64,000 bases of DNA from the human T2T-CHM13v2.0 reference genome, Homo sapiens, in the NCBI RefSeq assembly GCF_009914755.1, contig NC_060938.1, one strand, 5' to 3'. The notes beneath the pieces are model-generated. The model saw only the letters and a program-made list of their open reading frames with translations, ran no database searches and was not told the DNA's origin. Each line of letters begins with the position of its first letter. The first letter of the stretch is position 1. Below, in pieces: positions 15,366-26,500 of this stretch. The position numbers and the translations under genes were made by a program.

Positions 15366-15813
15366 TGTCAGGCCTCTGAGCCCAAGCCAAGCCATCGCAT
15401 CCCCTGTGACTTGCACGTATACGCCCAGATGGCCTGAAGTAACTGAAGAATCACAAAAGAAGTGAATATGCCCTGCCCCACCTTAACTGATGACATTCCA
15501 CCACAAAAGAAGTGTAAATGGCCGGTCCTTGCCTTAACTGATGACATTACCTTGTGAAAGTCCTTTTCCTGGCCCATCCTGGCTCAAAAAGCACCCCCAC
15601 TGAGCACCTTGCGACCCCCACTCCTGCCTGCCAGAGAACAAACCCCTTTGACTGTAATTTTCCTTTACCTACCCAAATCCTATAAAACGGCCCCACCCTT
15701 ATCTCCCTTCACTGACACTTTTCGGACTCAGCCTGCCTGCACCCAGGTGATTAAAAGCTTTATTGCTCACACAAAGCCTGTTTGGTGGTCTCTTCACATG
15801 GATGCGCATGAAA
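15366..15813 (+). promoter_or_regulatory. 5' LTR7 (LTR7up-like); TATA at 15681-15687, ATTAAA at 15750-15755
   Basis: TGTCAGGCCTCTGAGCCCAAG...GCGCATGAAA; two ACAAAAGA copies at 15453 and 15503. Confidence 0.93.
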
Positions 15814-16658
15814 TTTGGTGCGGTGACTCGGATCGGGGGACCTCCCTTGGGAGATCAATCCCCTGTCCTCCTGTTCTTTGCTCCGTGAGAAAGAGCCACC
15901 TACGACCTCAGGTCCTCAGACCAACCAGGCCAAGAAACATCTCACCAATTTCAAATCCGGTAAGCGGCCTCTTTTTACTCTCTTCTCCAACCTCCCTCAC
16001 TATCCCTCAACCTCTTTCTCCTTTCAATCTTGGCGCCACACTTCAATCTCTCCCTTCTCTTAATTTCAATTCCTTTCATCTTCTGGTAGAGACAAAGGAG
16101 ACATGTTTTATCCGTGGACCCAAAACTCCCACGCCCGTCATGGACTGGGAAGGCAGCCTTCCCTTGGTGTTTAATCCTTGCAGGGATGCCTTTCTGATTA
16201 TTCACCCATGTTTCAAAGGTGTCAGACCACGCAGGGACGCCTGCCTTTGTCCTTCACCCTTAGCGGCAAGTCCCACTTTTCTGGGGAAGGCGCAAGTACC
16301 CCAACCCCTTCTCTCCCTGTCTCTACCCCTTCTCTGCTTTTCTGGGGAAGGGGCAAGTACCCCTCAACCCCTTCTCTTTCACCCTGAGTGGCAAGTCCCG
16401 CTTTTCTACGGGGCAAGAACCCCCAATCCCTTATTTCCACGCCCCAACCTCTTATCTCTGTGCCCCAATCCCTTATTTCCGTGTCCCAACCTCTTATCTC
16501 TGCACCCCAATCCCTTATTTCCACGCCCCAACCTTGTATCTCTGTGCCCCAATCCCTTATTTCCACGCCCCAACCTCTTATATCTCTGCACCCCAATCCC
16601 TTATTTCCATGCCCTGACCTCTTATTTCTGCGCCCCATCCCTTATTTCTGCACCCTGA
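15798..16658 (+). CDS. Candidate 286-aa ESRG-like ORF in the HERV-H leader; translation unproven
   Basis: ATG in frame with the 15609..16658 ORF; the peptide (DAHEIWC.DSDRGTSLGRSIPCPP...LVETKETCFI...DWEGSLPLVFN) matches my recollection of the ESRG protein. Confidence 0.3.
   Translation: MDAHEIWCGDSDRGTSLGRSIPCPPVLCSVRKSHLRPQVLRPTRPRNISPISNPVSGLFLLSSPTSLTIPQPLSPFNLGATLQSLPSLNFNSFHLLVETKETCFIRGPKTPTPVMDWEGSLPLVFNPCRDAFLIIHPCFKGVRPRRDACLCPSPLAASPTFLGKAQVPQPLLSLSLPLLCFSGEGASTPQPLLFHPEWQVPLFYGARTPNPLFPRPNLLSLCPNPLFPCPNLLSLHPNPLFPRPNLVSLCPNPLFPRPNLLYLCTPIPYFHALTSYFCAPSLISAP
15816..15833 (+). other. Primer-binding site for tRNA-His
   Basis: TGGTGCGGTGACTCGGAT, 17/18 match to TGGTGCCGTGACTCGGAT, 2 nt after the LTR. 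Confidence 0.92.
15957..15965 (+). promoter_or_regulatory. HERV-H major splice donor CCG|GTAAGC
   Basis: Consensus-like 5' splice site ~145 nt after the 5' LTR, at the usual HERV-H position. Confidence 0.8.
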
Positions 16659-16685
16659 CCTCTTATCTCTGCGCCCCAACCCCTT
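16420..16685 (+). repeat. ~40-bp tandem repeat (alternating ~20-mers) in the HERV-H pre-gag region
   Basis: About six copies of CCCAATCCCTTATTTCCACGCCCCAACCTCTTATCTCTGTG-like units. Confidence 0.9.
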
Positions 16686-16771
16686 TCCCACTTTTCTGGA
16701 AGGTAAGAACCCCTGAACCCCTTCCCTCCATTTCTCTACTCTTTCTTTTCTCTAGGCTTGCTTCCTTCACT

Positions 16772-18030
16772 ATGGGCAATCTTCCACCCTCCATTCCTCC
16801 TTCTACTCCCTTGGCCTGTGTTCTCAAAAACTTAAAACCTCTTCAATTCACACCTGACCTAAAACCTAAATGCCTTATTTTCTTCTGCAATGCCGCTTGA
16901 CCCCAATACAAACTCGACAGTAGTTCCAAATAGCCAGAAAATGGCACTTTGAATTTTTCCATCCTGCAAGATCTAAATAATTCTTGTCGTAAAATAGGCA
17001 AACAGTCTTAGGTGCCTGACGTCCAGGCATTCTTTTACATATCAGTCCCTTCCTAGTCTCTGTGCCCAGTGCAACTCGTCCCAAATCTTCCTTCTTTCCC
17101 TCCCACCTGTCCCCTCAGTACCAACGCCAAGCGTTGCTGAGTCTTTCTAATCTTCCTTTTCTATAGACCCATATGACCTCTCCCTTCCTCCCCAGGCTGC
17201 TCCTCGCCAGGCCGAGCTAGTTCCCAATTCTTCCTCAGCCTCTCCTCCTCCACCCTATAATCTTTTTATCACCTCCCCTCCTCACACCTGGTCCGGCTTA
17301 CAGTTTCGTTCCGTGACTAGCCCTCCCCCTCCTGCCCAGCAACTTACTCTTAAAAATGTGGCTGGAGCCAAAGGCATAGTCAAGGTTAATGCTCCTTTTT
17401 CTTTATCCCAAATCGGATAGCGTTTAGGCTCTTTTTCATCAAATATAAAAATCCAGCCCAGTTCATGACTTGTTTGGCAGCAACCCTGAGACGCTTTACA
17501 GCCCTAGACCCTAAAAGGTCAAAAGGCCGTCTTATTCTCAAAATACATTTTATTACCCAATCTGCTCCCGATATTAAATAAAACTCCAAAAATTAAATTC
17601 CGGCCCTCAAACCCTACAACAGGATTTAATTAACCTCGCCTTCAAGGTGTACAATAATAGAAAAAAGTTGCAATTCCTTGCCTTCACTGTGAGACAAACC
17701 CCAGCCATGTCTCCAGCACACAAGAACTTCCAAACGCCTGAACCGCAGCGGCCAGGCGTTCCTCCAGAACCTCCTCCCCCAGGAGCTTGCTACACTTGCC
17801 GGAAATCTGGCCACTGGGCCAAGGAATGCCCGCAGCCCGGGATTCCTCCTAAGCCACGTCCTATCTGTGTGGGACCCCACTGAAAATCAGACTGTTCAAC
17901 TCACCTGGCAGCCACTCCCAGAGCCCCTGGAACTCTGGCCCAAGGCTCTCTGACTGACTCCTTCCCAGATCTTCTCGGCTTAGCGGCTGAAGACTGACAC
18001 TGCTCAATCACCTTGGAAGCCCCCTAGACC
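16772..18030 (+). pseudogene. gag: HERV-H gag remnant with one intact CCHC zinc knuckle
   Basis: MGNLPPSIPPS start; CYTCRKSGHWAKEC at 17788-17829; many stops and deletions. Confidence 0.85.
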
Positions 18031-20220
18031 ATCACGGACGCCGAGCTTCAGGTAACTCTCACAGTGGAAAGTAAGCCCATCCCCTTCTTAATCAATACAG
18101 AGGCTCCCCACTCCACATTACCTTCTTTTCAAGGGCCTGTTTCCCTTGCCTCCATAACTGTTGTAGGTATTGACGACCAGGCTTCTAAACCTCTTAAAAC
18201 TCCCCAACTCTGGTGCCAACTTAGACAATACTCTTTTAAGCACTCCTTTTTAGTTATCCCCACCTGCCCAGTTCCCTTATTAGGCTGAGACACTTTAACT
18301 AAATTATCTGCTTCCCTGATTATTCCTGGACTACAGCTATATCTCATTGCCGCCCTTCTTCCCAATCCAAAGCCTCCTTTGCGTCCTCCTCTTGTATCCC
18401 CCCACCTTAACCCACAAGTATAAGATACCTCTACTCCCTCCTTGGCGACCCATCATGCACCCCTTACCATCTCATTAAAACCTAATCACCCTTACCCCAC
18501 TCAATGCCAATATCCCATCCCACAGCACACTTTAAAAAGATTAAAGCCTGTTATCACTCACCTGCTACAGCATGGCCTTTTAAAGCCTATAAACTCTCCT
18601 TACAATTCCCCCATTTTACCTGTCCTAAAACCAGACAAGCCTTACAAGTTAGTTCAGGATCTGCGCCTTATCAACCAAATTGTTTTGCCTATCCACCCCG
18701 TGGTGCCAAACCCATATACTCTCCTATCCTCAATACCTGCCTCTACAACCCATTATTCTGTTCTAGATCTCAAACATGCTTTCTTTACTATTCCTTTGCA
18801 CCCTTAATCCCAGCCTCTCTTCACTTTCACTTGGCCTGACCCTGACACCCATCAAGCTCAGCAAATTACCTAGGCTGTACTGCCGCAAAGCTTCACAGAC
18901 AGCCCCCATTACTTCAATCAAGCCCAAATTTCTTCCTCATCTGTTACCTATCTCGGCATAATTCTCATAAAAAAACACGTGCTCTCCCTGCCAATCGTGT
19001 CCGACTGATCTCTCAAACCCCAACACCTTCTACAAAACAACTCCTTTCCTTCCTAGGCATGGTTAGTGCGGTCAGAATTCTTACAGAAGAGCCAGGACCG
19101 CACCCTGTAGCCTTTCTGTCCAAACAACTTGACCTTACTGTTTTAGCCTAGCCCTCATGTCTGCGTGCAGCAGCTGCCGCTGCTTTAATACTTTTAGAGG
19201 CCCTCAAAATCACAAAGTATGCTCAACTCACTCTCTACAGTTCTCATAACTTCCAAAATCTATCTTCTTCCTCATACCTGACGCATATACTTTCTGCTTC
19301 CCGGCTCCTTCAGCTATACTCACTCTTTATTGAGTCTCCCACAATTACCGTTGTTCCTGGCCTGGACTTCAATCCGGCCTCCCACATTATTCCTGATACC
19401 ACACCTGACCCCCATGACTGTATCTCTCTGATCCACCTGACATTCACACCATTTCCCCAAATTTCCTTCTTTCCTGTTCCTCACCCTGATCACGCTGGAT
19501 TTATTGATGGCCTAATCGCCACAAACCAGCAAAGGCAGGTTATGCTATAGTACAAGCCACTAGCCCGCCTCTTAGAACCTCTCATTTCCTTTCCATCGTG
19601 GAATTCTATCCTCAAGGAAATAACTTCTCAGTGTTCCATCTGCTATTCTACTCCTCAGGGATTATTCAGGCCCCCTCCCTTCCCTACACATCAAGCTCGA
19701 GGATTTGCCCCACCCAGGACTGGCAAATTAGCTTTACTCAACATGCCCTGAGTCAGATAACTAAAATACCTCTTAGTCTAGGTAGATACTTTCACTGGAT
19801 AGGTAGAGGCCTTTCCTACAGGGTCTGAGAAGGCCACCGCAGTCATTTCTTCCCTTCTGTCAGACATAATTCCTCAGTTTAGCCTTCCCACCTCAATACA
19901 GTCTGATAACAGACGAGCCTTTATTAGTCAAATGAGCCAAGCAGTTTTTCAGGCTCTTGGTATTCAGTGAAACCTTTATATCCCTTACGGTCCTCCGTCT
20001 TCAAGAAAAGTAGAATGGACTAAAGGTCTTTTAAAAACACACCTCACCAAGCTCAGCCACCAACTTAAAAAGGACTGGACAATACTTTTACCACTTTCCC
20101 TTCTCAGAATCCAGGCCTGTCCTCGGAATGCTACAGGGTACAGCCCATTTAAGCTCCTGTATAGACACTCCTTTTTATTAGGCCCCAGTCTCATTCCAGA
20201 CACCAGACCAACTTAGACTG
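18031..20220 (+). pseudogene. pol: HERV-H pro-pol remnant (protease, partial RT, RNase H, integrase)
   Basis: LINTEA (degenerate DTGA), SPYNSPILPV, LVQDLRLIN, YSVLDLKHAFFTIPL, integrase IQSDN; no YxDD seen, multiple stops. Confidence 0.9.
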
Positions 20221-20792
20221 TGCCCCCAAAAAACTTGTCATCCCTGCTATCTTCTGTCTAGTCATACTCCTATTCACCGTTCTCAACTACTCATACATGC
20301 CCTGCTCTTGTTTACACTGCCGGTTTACACTGTTTTTCCAAGCCATCACAGCTGATATCTCCTGGTGTTATCCCCAAACTGCCACTCTTAACTCTTGAAA
20401 TAAATAAATAATCTTTGCTGGCAGGACTATGCCGAATCTCCTTAGGCACTCTCTAATCAGATATCCTGAGTCGTCCCAATTCTTAGACCTTTTATACCTG
20501 TTTTTCTCCTTCTGTTATTCCATTTAGTTTCCCAATTCATCCAAAACCGTATCCAGGCCATCACCAATCATTCTATATGACAAATGTTTCTTATAACATC
20601 CCCACAATATCACCCCTTACCACAATACCTCCCTTCACCTTAATCTCTCCCACTCTAGGTTCCCACGCCGCCCCTAATCCCGCTTGAAGCAGCCCTGAGA
20701 AACATCGCCCATTCTCTCTCCATACCACCCCCCAAAAATTTTTGCCACCCCAACACTTCAATGCTATTTTGTTTTATTTTTCTTATTAATAT

Positions 20793-20805
20793 AAGAAGGC
20801 AGGAA
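20793..20805 (+). other. HERV-H polypurine tract
   Basis: AAGAAGGCAGGAA immediately 5' of the 3' LTR. Confidence 0.85.
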
Positions 20806-21256
20806 TGTCAGGCCTCTGAGCCCAAGCCAAGCCATCGCATCCCCTGTGACTTGCACGTATACGTCCAGATGGCCTGAAGTAATTGAAGAATCACAAAAGA
20901 AGTGAATATGCCCTGCCCCACCTTAACTGATGACATTCCACCACAAAAGAAGTGTAAATGGCTGGTCCTTGCCTTAAGTGATGACATTACCTTGTGAAAG
21001 TCCTTTTCCTGGCTCATCCTGGCTCAAAAAGCACCCCCACTGAGCACCTTGCGACCGCCACTCCTGCCCGCCAGAGAACAAACCCCCATTGACTATAATT
21101 TTCCTTTACCTACCCAAATCCTATAAAATGGCCCCACCCTTATCTCCCTTCGCTGACTCTCTTTTCGGACTCAGCCTGCCTGCACCCAGGTGATTAACAG
21201 CTTTATTGCTCACACAAAGCCTGTTTGGTGGTCTCTTCACACGGACGCGCATTAAA
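20806..21256 (+). mobile_element. 3' LTR7
   Basis: Direct repeat of the 5' LTR; by eye ~16 substitutions and 2 small indels. Confidence 0.95.
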
Positions 21257-23299
21257 AAAACATCCTTACATAATATGTTAAAGGATGCTATACAATATGA
21301 GGAAAATGATATAAGTATATGACCCAAGAGGATGAAAAAATTCACTTATTGGCAGAAAGGACAACATCATTTGTATGTAGAAAATCACCTCTCAAAATAG
21401 TAAGTTGCTGAAAGGGGAGTGGTTGCGCTAGAATTAGCACCAATGACTCTTTTATCCTATTTCTCAGTTTTAGGGGAAAAGACTCTACAAAACTACAGGT
21501 GTTTTGCTGACAGTAGAAAAAAACCTTCCCTTGTTAACATGTTAGTCAAGCTTTGGAAAAGACATCACATGTCAAATCCTATCACAGGATGCTTTATAGA
21601 GATTATCTATTTTAAATTTTATTGGAATTTCGATGACATCAAGTTGTTATTGCTTGGACCACAGTGGTGGTGGTTATCTGAAGATTTCTGCAAAAGTGCC
21701 ATGCCTCCTCAAATAAGGCAAGTCATCTAAAAAATATCCCTTATATGTATTTTTCATTTCTTTCATCATGTTACAGAGAATTTCAGTGGTATTCTAAGAC
21801 TCAGCCTCCCCAAGGAACCAAATCAAGCTTTTATGCATCAGTGGAAACCAGAAATTACTAACAGTATACACAGTGGCAATGGCCAGAGATTACTCTTTCA
21901 TCTGGTTCAACCCCTAGAGACACAAGGTCTCATCCTGTTCACACCCAAATCCCCCTCCTTCCCCAAACACACAGCCTCCACATGCATTCTCTGACAAGCC
22001 TGAGTAATATTTCATCAGTTCTCCCTAGCCACTCAGTCCAGGTTTTAATATAGCTGGAATATCTTGGGTAGCTTTATCAAGATGTAAACCTTATAATCAA
22101 GGCTTAGTTCAAAATTTAAGTTTTTCCAGCTGTCAACTGACATACAACTGTATAAAATCTGAAACTTTCCCTATCAAAGTTCTCAATGTTAAAATCTCCC
22201 CCTAGTGGATTTTCAGAGCATGTGTTTTCACAAGTAAAACTGAATAGAATTTTCAAAAAAAAAAAAAAAATGCTAAAAATTTCATATGTGTGAAAAATAA
22301 GACCTATTAATCTCAAAGTTCAGAGGGGAAAAAATGCAATTTCATTTAAAAGCTTGCCATCAAAAAAATTCTAAAACTAAAGTAGAATAGTTTTGGTTTA
22401 CTCTAGTCTTATGTGCAAGTGTGAATATTGAGTTTTACAAGTTTTTCTTGTGTGTCATTATCCTCTATTAAGTTAAGGCATTTTAATGGACTAAACATGG
22501 TAATTTCTTACTTAATTGTTTAGTGAAGAGAGGCATAATGTTTCAATTAGGAAAGAATGATCCCCCACATGAGTGAATCTGCCATCTGTGTATTCTCATC
22601 TGTTAAAACTGTTAGTCAAATCAACAAAAGTCCAAGTGCAAAGTCCCTAAACCAGTTGAAATGGGCACACACTTGCTCTAGGGAAGGGGAAATTTTATTT
22701 TAATTGATTTTGTTCCAGCAGCAATCCCTCTTCCTTTCCTGGGAATACATTTTGGCTGGGATTTTGTGGCATCAATACAAATCACTTCAAAGCAGCTATT
22801 GCTCATTTATCCTCTACCTAGCGGCTCTGCTGACCCACCACTTGGATATCCATTTTCCTGAGGTGGGGCAAAGATGAGGCATGACAAGACCACAGGAATG
22901 GTGTAGGAAAAAACTACAGAGAAATACTCATACAGAAGACAGCACAAAGCTGCCTGCAGTACTGATCGTCACATGTTTAGAACTGGGAAATGGTGGTCAG
23001 TTGTTAACAGAAAATGCATTTTCTTTGGTACCAAAATACCAATGGCTCATCAATCTTAATACTTTTATAATAACATTTTTTAAGGTTAAATTCTTTCAAA
23101 ACATGTCACTCCAAATTTCTGATGAGGTCTAGTTACTTTTAAATAATTAGGCAACATGAATAGAGGAGAAGACTGAGGCAATTATTGGATTCATTGAGGA
23201 ATGCATAAAACATAAAAATGACTTAAATTTGCTATTTATGTAATTTCGTGGTCTCAAAACCACACTTTAATTGAATCGAGTTTAGTAAGAGATAAGACC

Positions 23300-23515
23300 A
23301 CAGCAGTGTGGCATGATGTTTAAGAACACAGGCCTTAGGGTAGATTGTTAGAGTCAAATTCGAGCTCTGACTGTGTGACTTTGAGCCAGTTATTTAACCT
23401 CTCTGTGCCTTGGTTTCTTCATCTGCAAAATGAGAGTAGTAAATAGAAGCTTCCTCATAGTGTAGTTGGAAGGGTTAAATATGCTGAAACCGTAAATGGA
23501 AAGTACTTAGTACAC
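23300..23515 (+). mobile_element. MIR
   Basis: Core gtgtgactttgagccagttatttaacctctctgtgccttggtttcttcatctgcaaaatg. Confidence 0.8.
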
Positions 23516-26500
23516 ACAGATCCCACAGCTTTTTTTGTTCACTTTCAGACATTAACAGTCTTATTTTCAGACATTATTTTAAAAATCCTTTTTAAATTGA
23601 AACTTTCATTTCTCATTGAACTTAAATCTCTTTGTCCCTATACCAGCTCCAGCATGACCTATGCTTGGATCCTGTAGTAGGGAAGAGGGAAGTGGTTAAT
23701 TCTTTATCATGTCTTTGCAGTATTTTTTTACTCTACCTCCCTCACCCCTTTCTCTGTCTTTGGTTCCTGCAGGGGAGAGGGAAAATCATTTGGGGACAGC
23801 CAACTTCTTCCTTGAGCGGTGCAGTTATAATCATGCATTGTGCCCTCTGTGAGTGCTTCTTTCTCCTTTGAAATTCTTCAGTGGGTTCTTCAGCATCGCC
23901 CACTCTGTTGCTGGAGACCACCCATTGTGCCCTTGGATGGCGTGCCCAATATCCTTGGCCAGCTGGCTGCATTCCCCACTCAGCTACTGATTGTTGTGCT
24001 TCACGAACTTCCCGCTGAGCGTCCTCTCATCCTGGGGTGGAGAGCAGGCCCATCACGGGGCTCCCACCTGCCTGCCTGCCATACTGTCCATGCCAGTGCC
24101 TGAGAAACACCGCCTCTGCTCCACTTTCAGTGGGAACCAGCGTTTTGCACCCCCCTCCATAGCCTTTTCTCTTCACTCTACCACCTGAAGCAATTCCCAC
24201 TGGGCCGCTTGTTCACCTTTAAGTTTTCCAGGTAAGAATCAGACATCAGTCTCTGTGTCTTGTCAAATGTTCAGGGATACTACCAAGCTCTTTAAGTGGT
24301 CTTATAGAAGCCTCCACAGTTTACAGATGGGGTAAGCACCCACTTTCCATCTTTTGTGGGAAGAAAAATGCACAGCACTCTGAGAACTGTCTCTAAGGAA
24401 TTAATCACTATCAACTTCCTTTCTACTCTCATATATGGAGGTAGGCAATGGGCTAAGGGGGTGGACTAGCACCTCTCTTTAGAAAGTGGATACATTTCCC
24501 AATTGCAATCATCAGGTTGGGAGCCTGGGGCCTCACTGGAAATTGAGACAAAATAAAAGTTAAGTTCAACTTAGACTGTGCATATGTAACATTCAAACAT
24601 TTGGGTTATTTGAGTCAGTGAGTTCAGTGATTAGTATGAATCCTTACCATGTGGTAGACTAGATTGACTTCAGTATGACGTAGATAGGTGTGATTAATAA
24701 CTTAGAGTTATTTTAGCTGAGGGTGTGTCATGTACCAAAAACTGGTGAATGGAACATAGTTCACAGTGTTGAAATTATGGGACTCAACTGGATAGGCAGG
24801 AGGAAAAAGAAAGGGTAAGTATCATACACATAGAAACTGTCAGTATTTTTTAGACTGCAGAAGTGAATGTCAGACCTACTGTATTAAGCTCTTAAGCAAG
24901 GGACAAAACTGGATTTTTCAAGTCTGGGGCTAATTCAAAAACAGTGTTACATTGTAACCCATACCTCAGAAATTATTTTATAATAGCTAAATATTTACAT
25001 AGTGCTTACTATATGCCAGACACTGTTTTAAACACTTTTAATGTATTTAATCCTTTTAACAATTTTACAAGATAGATGCACTGTTACTTCCTTTTACAAA
25101 TGAGGAAAATGAAGCACAGAGGGATCAAACAACCAGCACAAGGTTAAAGTCATGGAAAATATGAGATGTAAGCCCTGATGTTTGGTATTAGACTACACTT
25201 TGCTTTCACAAACATTATCTTGTGATTTATGTCACAAATAAATCACATTATATAGCAATGATAAAGCAATTCCAAAAGATAGGCATATCAGACTCAAGCA
25301 TACTCAATGAATCACTTAGCTATGGGATGATAGGGGCTGCCTAGAAAATAATAGACTGTTGTAGCTCCTGTTCCAGTTCCTTCTACCACCTTCTGACGGG
25401 TATGTTTTGTTTGCCATTTAACTTACATCACAACATGTTAATTTCAAGAATAAATTTATTAGTGTTTTTCTAAAAGTAAAAATAATTGAGGAGAAAATAA
25501 ATCAGCAAATGTTATATTAAATAGAACAGACACTTACGGCCTGGAGTCTTTTCATTTTTAAGGTATAAAAAGCTTTTATTGCTTTTATCTTACTTAAAAA
25601 GCAATGCGTGCTTATGACTGAAGAATTAGAAAATCTCTGCAAAAGGGAGAAGAAAGCATTCACAACCCAACTACCTGATGATAACCACTGTTAATATCTT
25701 AGTAACTGTCCTTTCAAGCCTATGCATATATATGTTCATTTAATGTGTGTGTGTGTATTTACATCATTATTTATATAACATTTTTATTTTTGACTGGGGG
25801 AAGAGCAAAATTTTATTTTGGAATGAAAAAGGCCAACGGGGTAGTCAGAAAAGAATAAAGTGAGTGGTGTGGCATCCTCTCTCCATCTTCTTGGTGGCTT
25901 GGGTTATACATCTGTGCTTCAAGTTCTTCCAAAGGCCCAACTGTTTTGTTTGGTGTGCATGTTTGCTTACCTTGAAAGTTATCAATCAAGCTCAGAGTCC
26001 GTTAAATAAAATATAGCCTATCATCTATCTTCATTATGACCTGGAAAGACAGAGTCCAATTTAGACTCCTAGCCCTCTTCACAAGCTCTACCCTGGAACT
26101 TGCCCCCACCAGTAGCCTGTCCTACTTCAACTTCCATTCCTGGCTTTGTCCTGCCCAGTGAATAGGCTCATGTACATTAGGACAGATACCTGAACCCCTA
26201 TGGCCAAGCTCATTACTCATCTGCCACATCCTCTCCTAGTCACCTCTGAGCCTCTTCTTGGCCATGTATTTGGCTCACACTTCCCTGGAAGTGGGTTTGG
26301 AGCCTCTGGGCAGGGAGTCATGGAGTCTAGAAGATTGTGATCTAGCGTATGGGCTAGATGTGGCTTGCGGGCTCAGACTGGGCACTTGTTGGCTGCAGGA
26401 ACTCCTTCCCTTGCCGGGAAGGATGTGGCTAGAAGCGGGAAAGAACAGGATCTTCATGTATTCTCTATATGAGGTGCTGATCAAAATAAATAATTATTTA

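Larger units (their letters stand above)
15366..21256 (+). mobile_element. HERV-H provirus (common ~5.9-kb env-deleted type)
   Basis: Two LTR7s, His-tRNA PBS, gag/pro/pol remnants, PPT, 5-bp TSD AAAAC at 15361-15365 and 21257-21261. Confidence 0.97.

Noticed and set aside
15609-15797. 349-aa ORF start in the LTR
   Set aside because: The start is a TTG upstream of the TATA box, so it would not be in the LTR transcript. Only the ATG 15798 part is considered.
16420-16685. CRISPR-like look of the repeat array
   Set aside because: No unique spacers and a eukaryotic retroviral context; it is a tandem repeat.
20220-20790. Possible HERV-H env gene
   Set aside because: Only ~570 bp lie between integrase and the PPT, with no ORF; env is largely deleted.
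23742-23972. Minus-strand ORF with GQGYWARHP, vaguely like a zinc knuckle
   Set aside because: It lacks the Cys/His ligands and I see no other homology.
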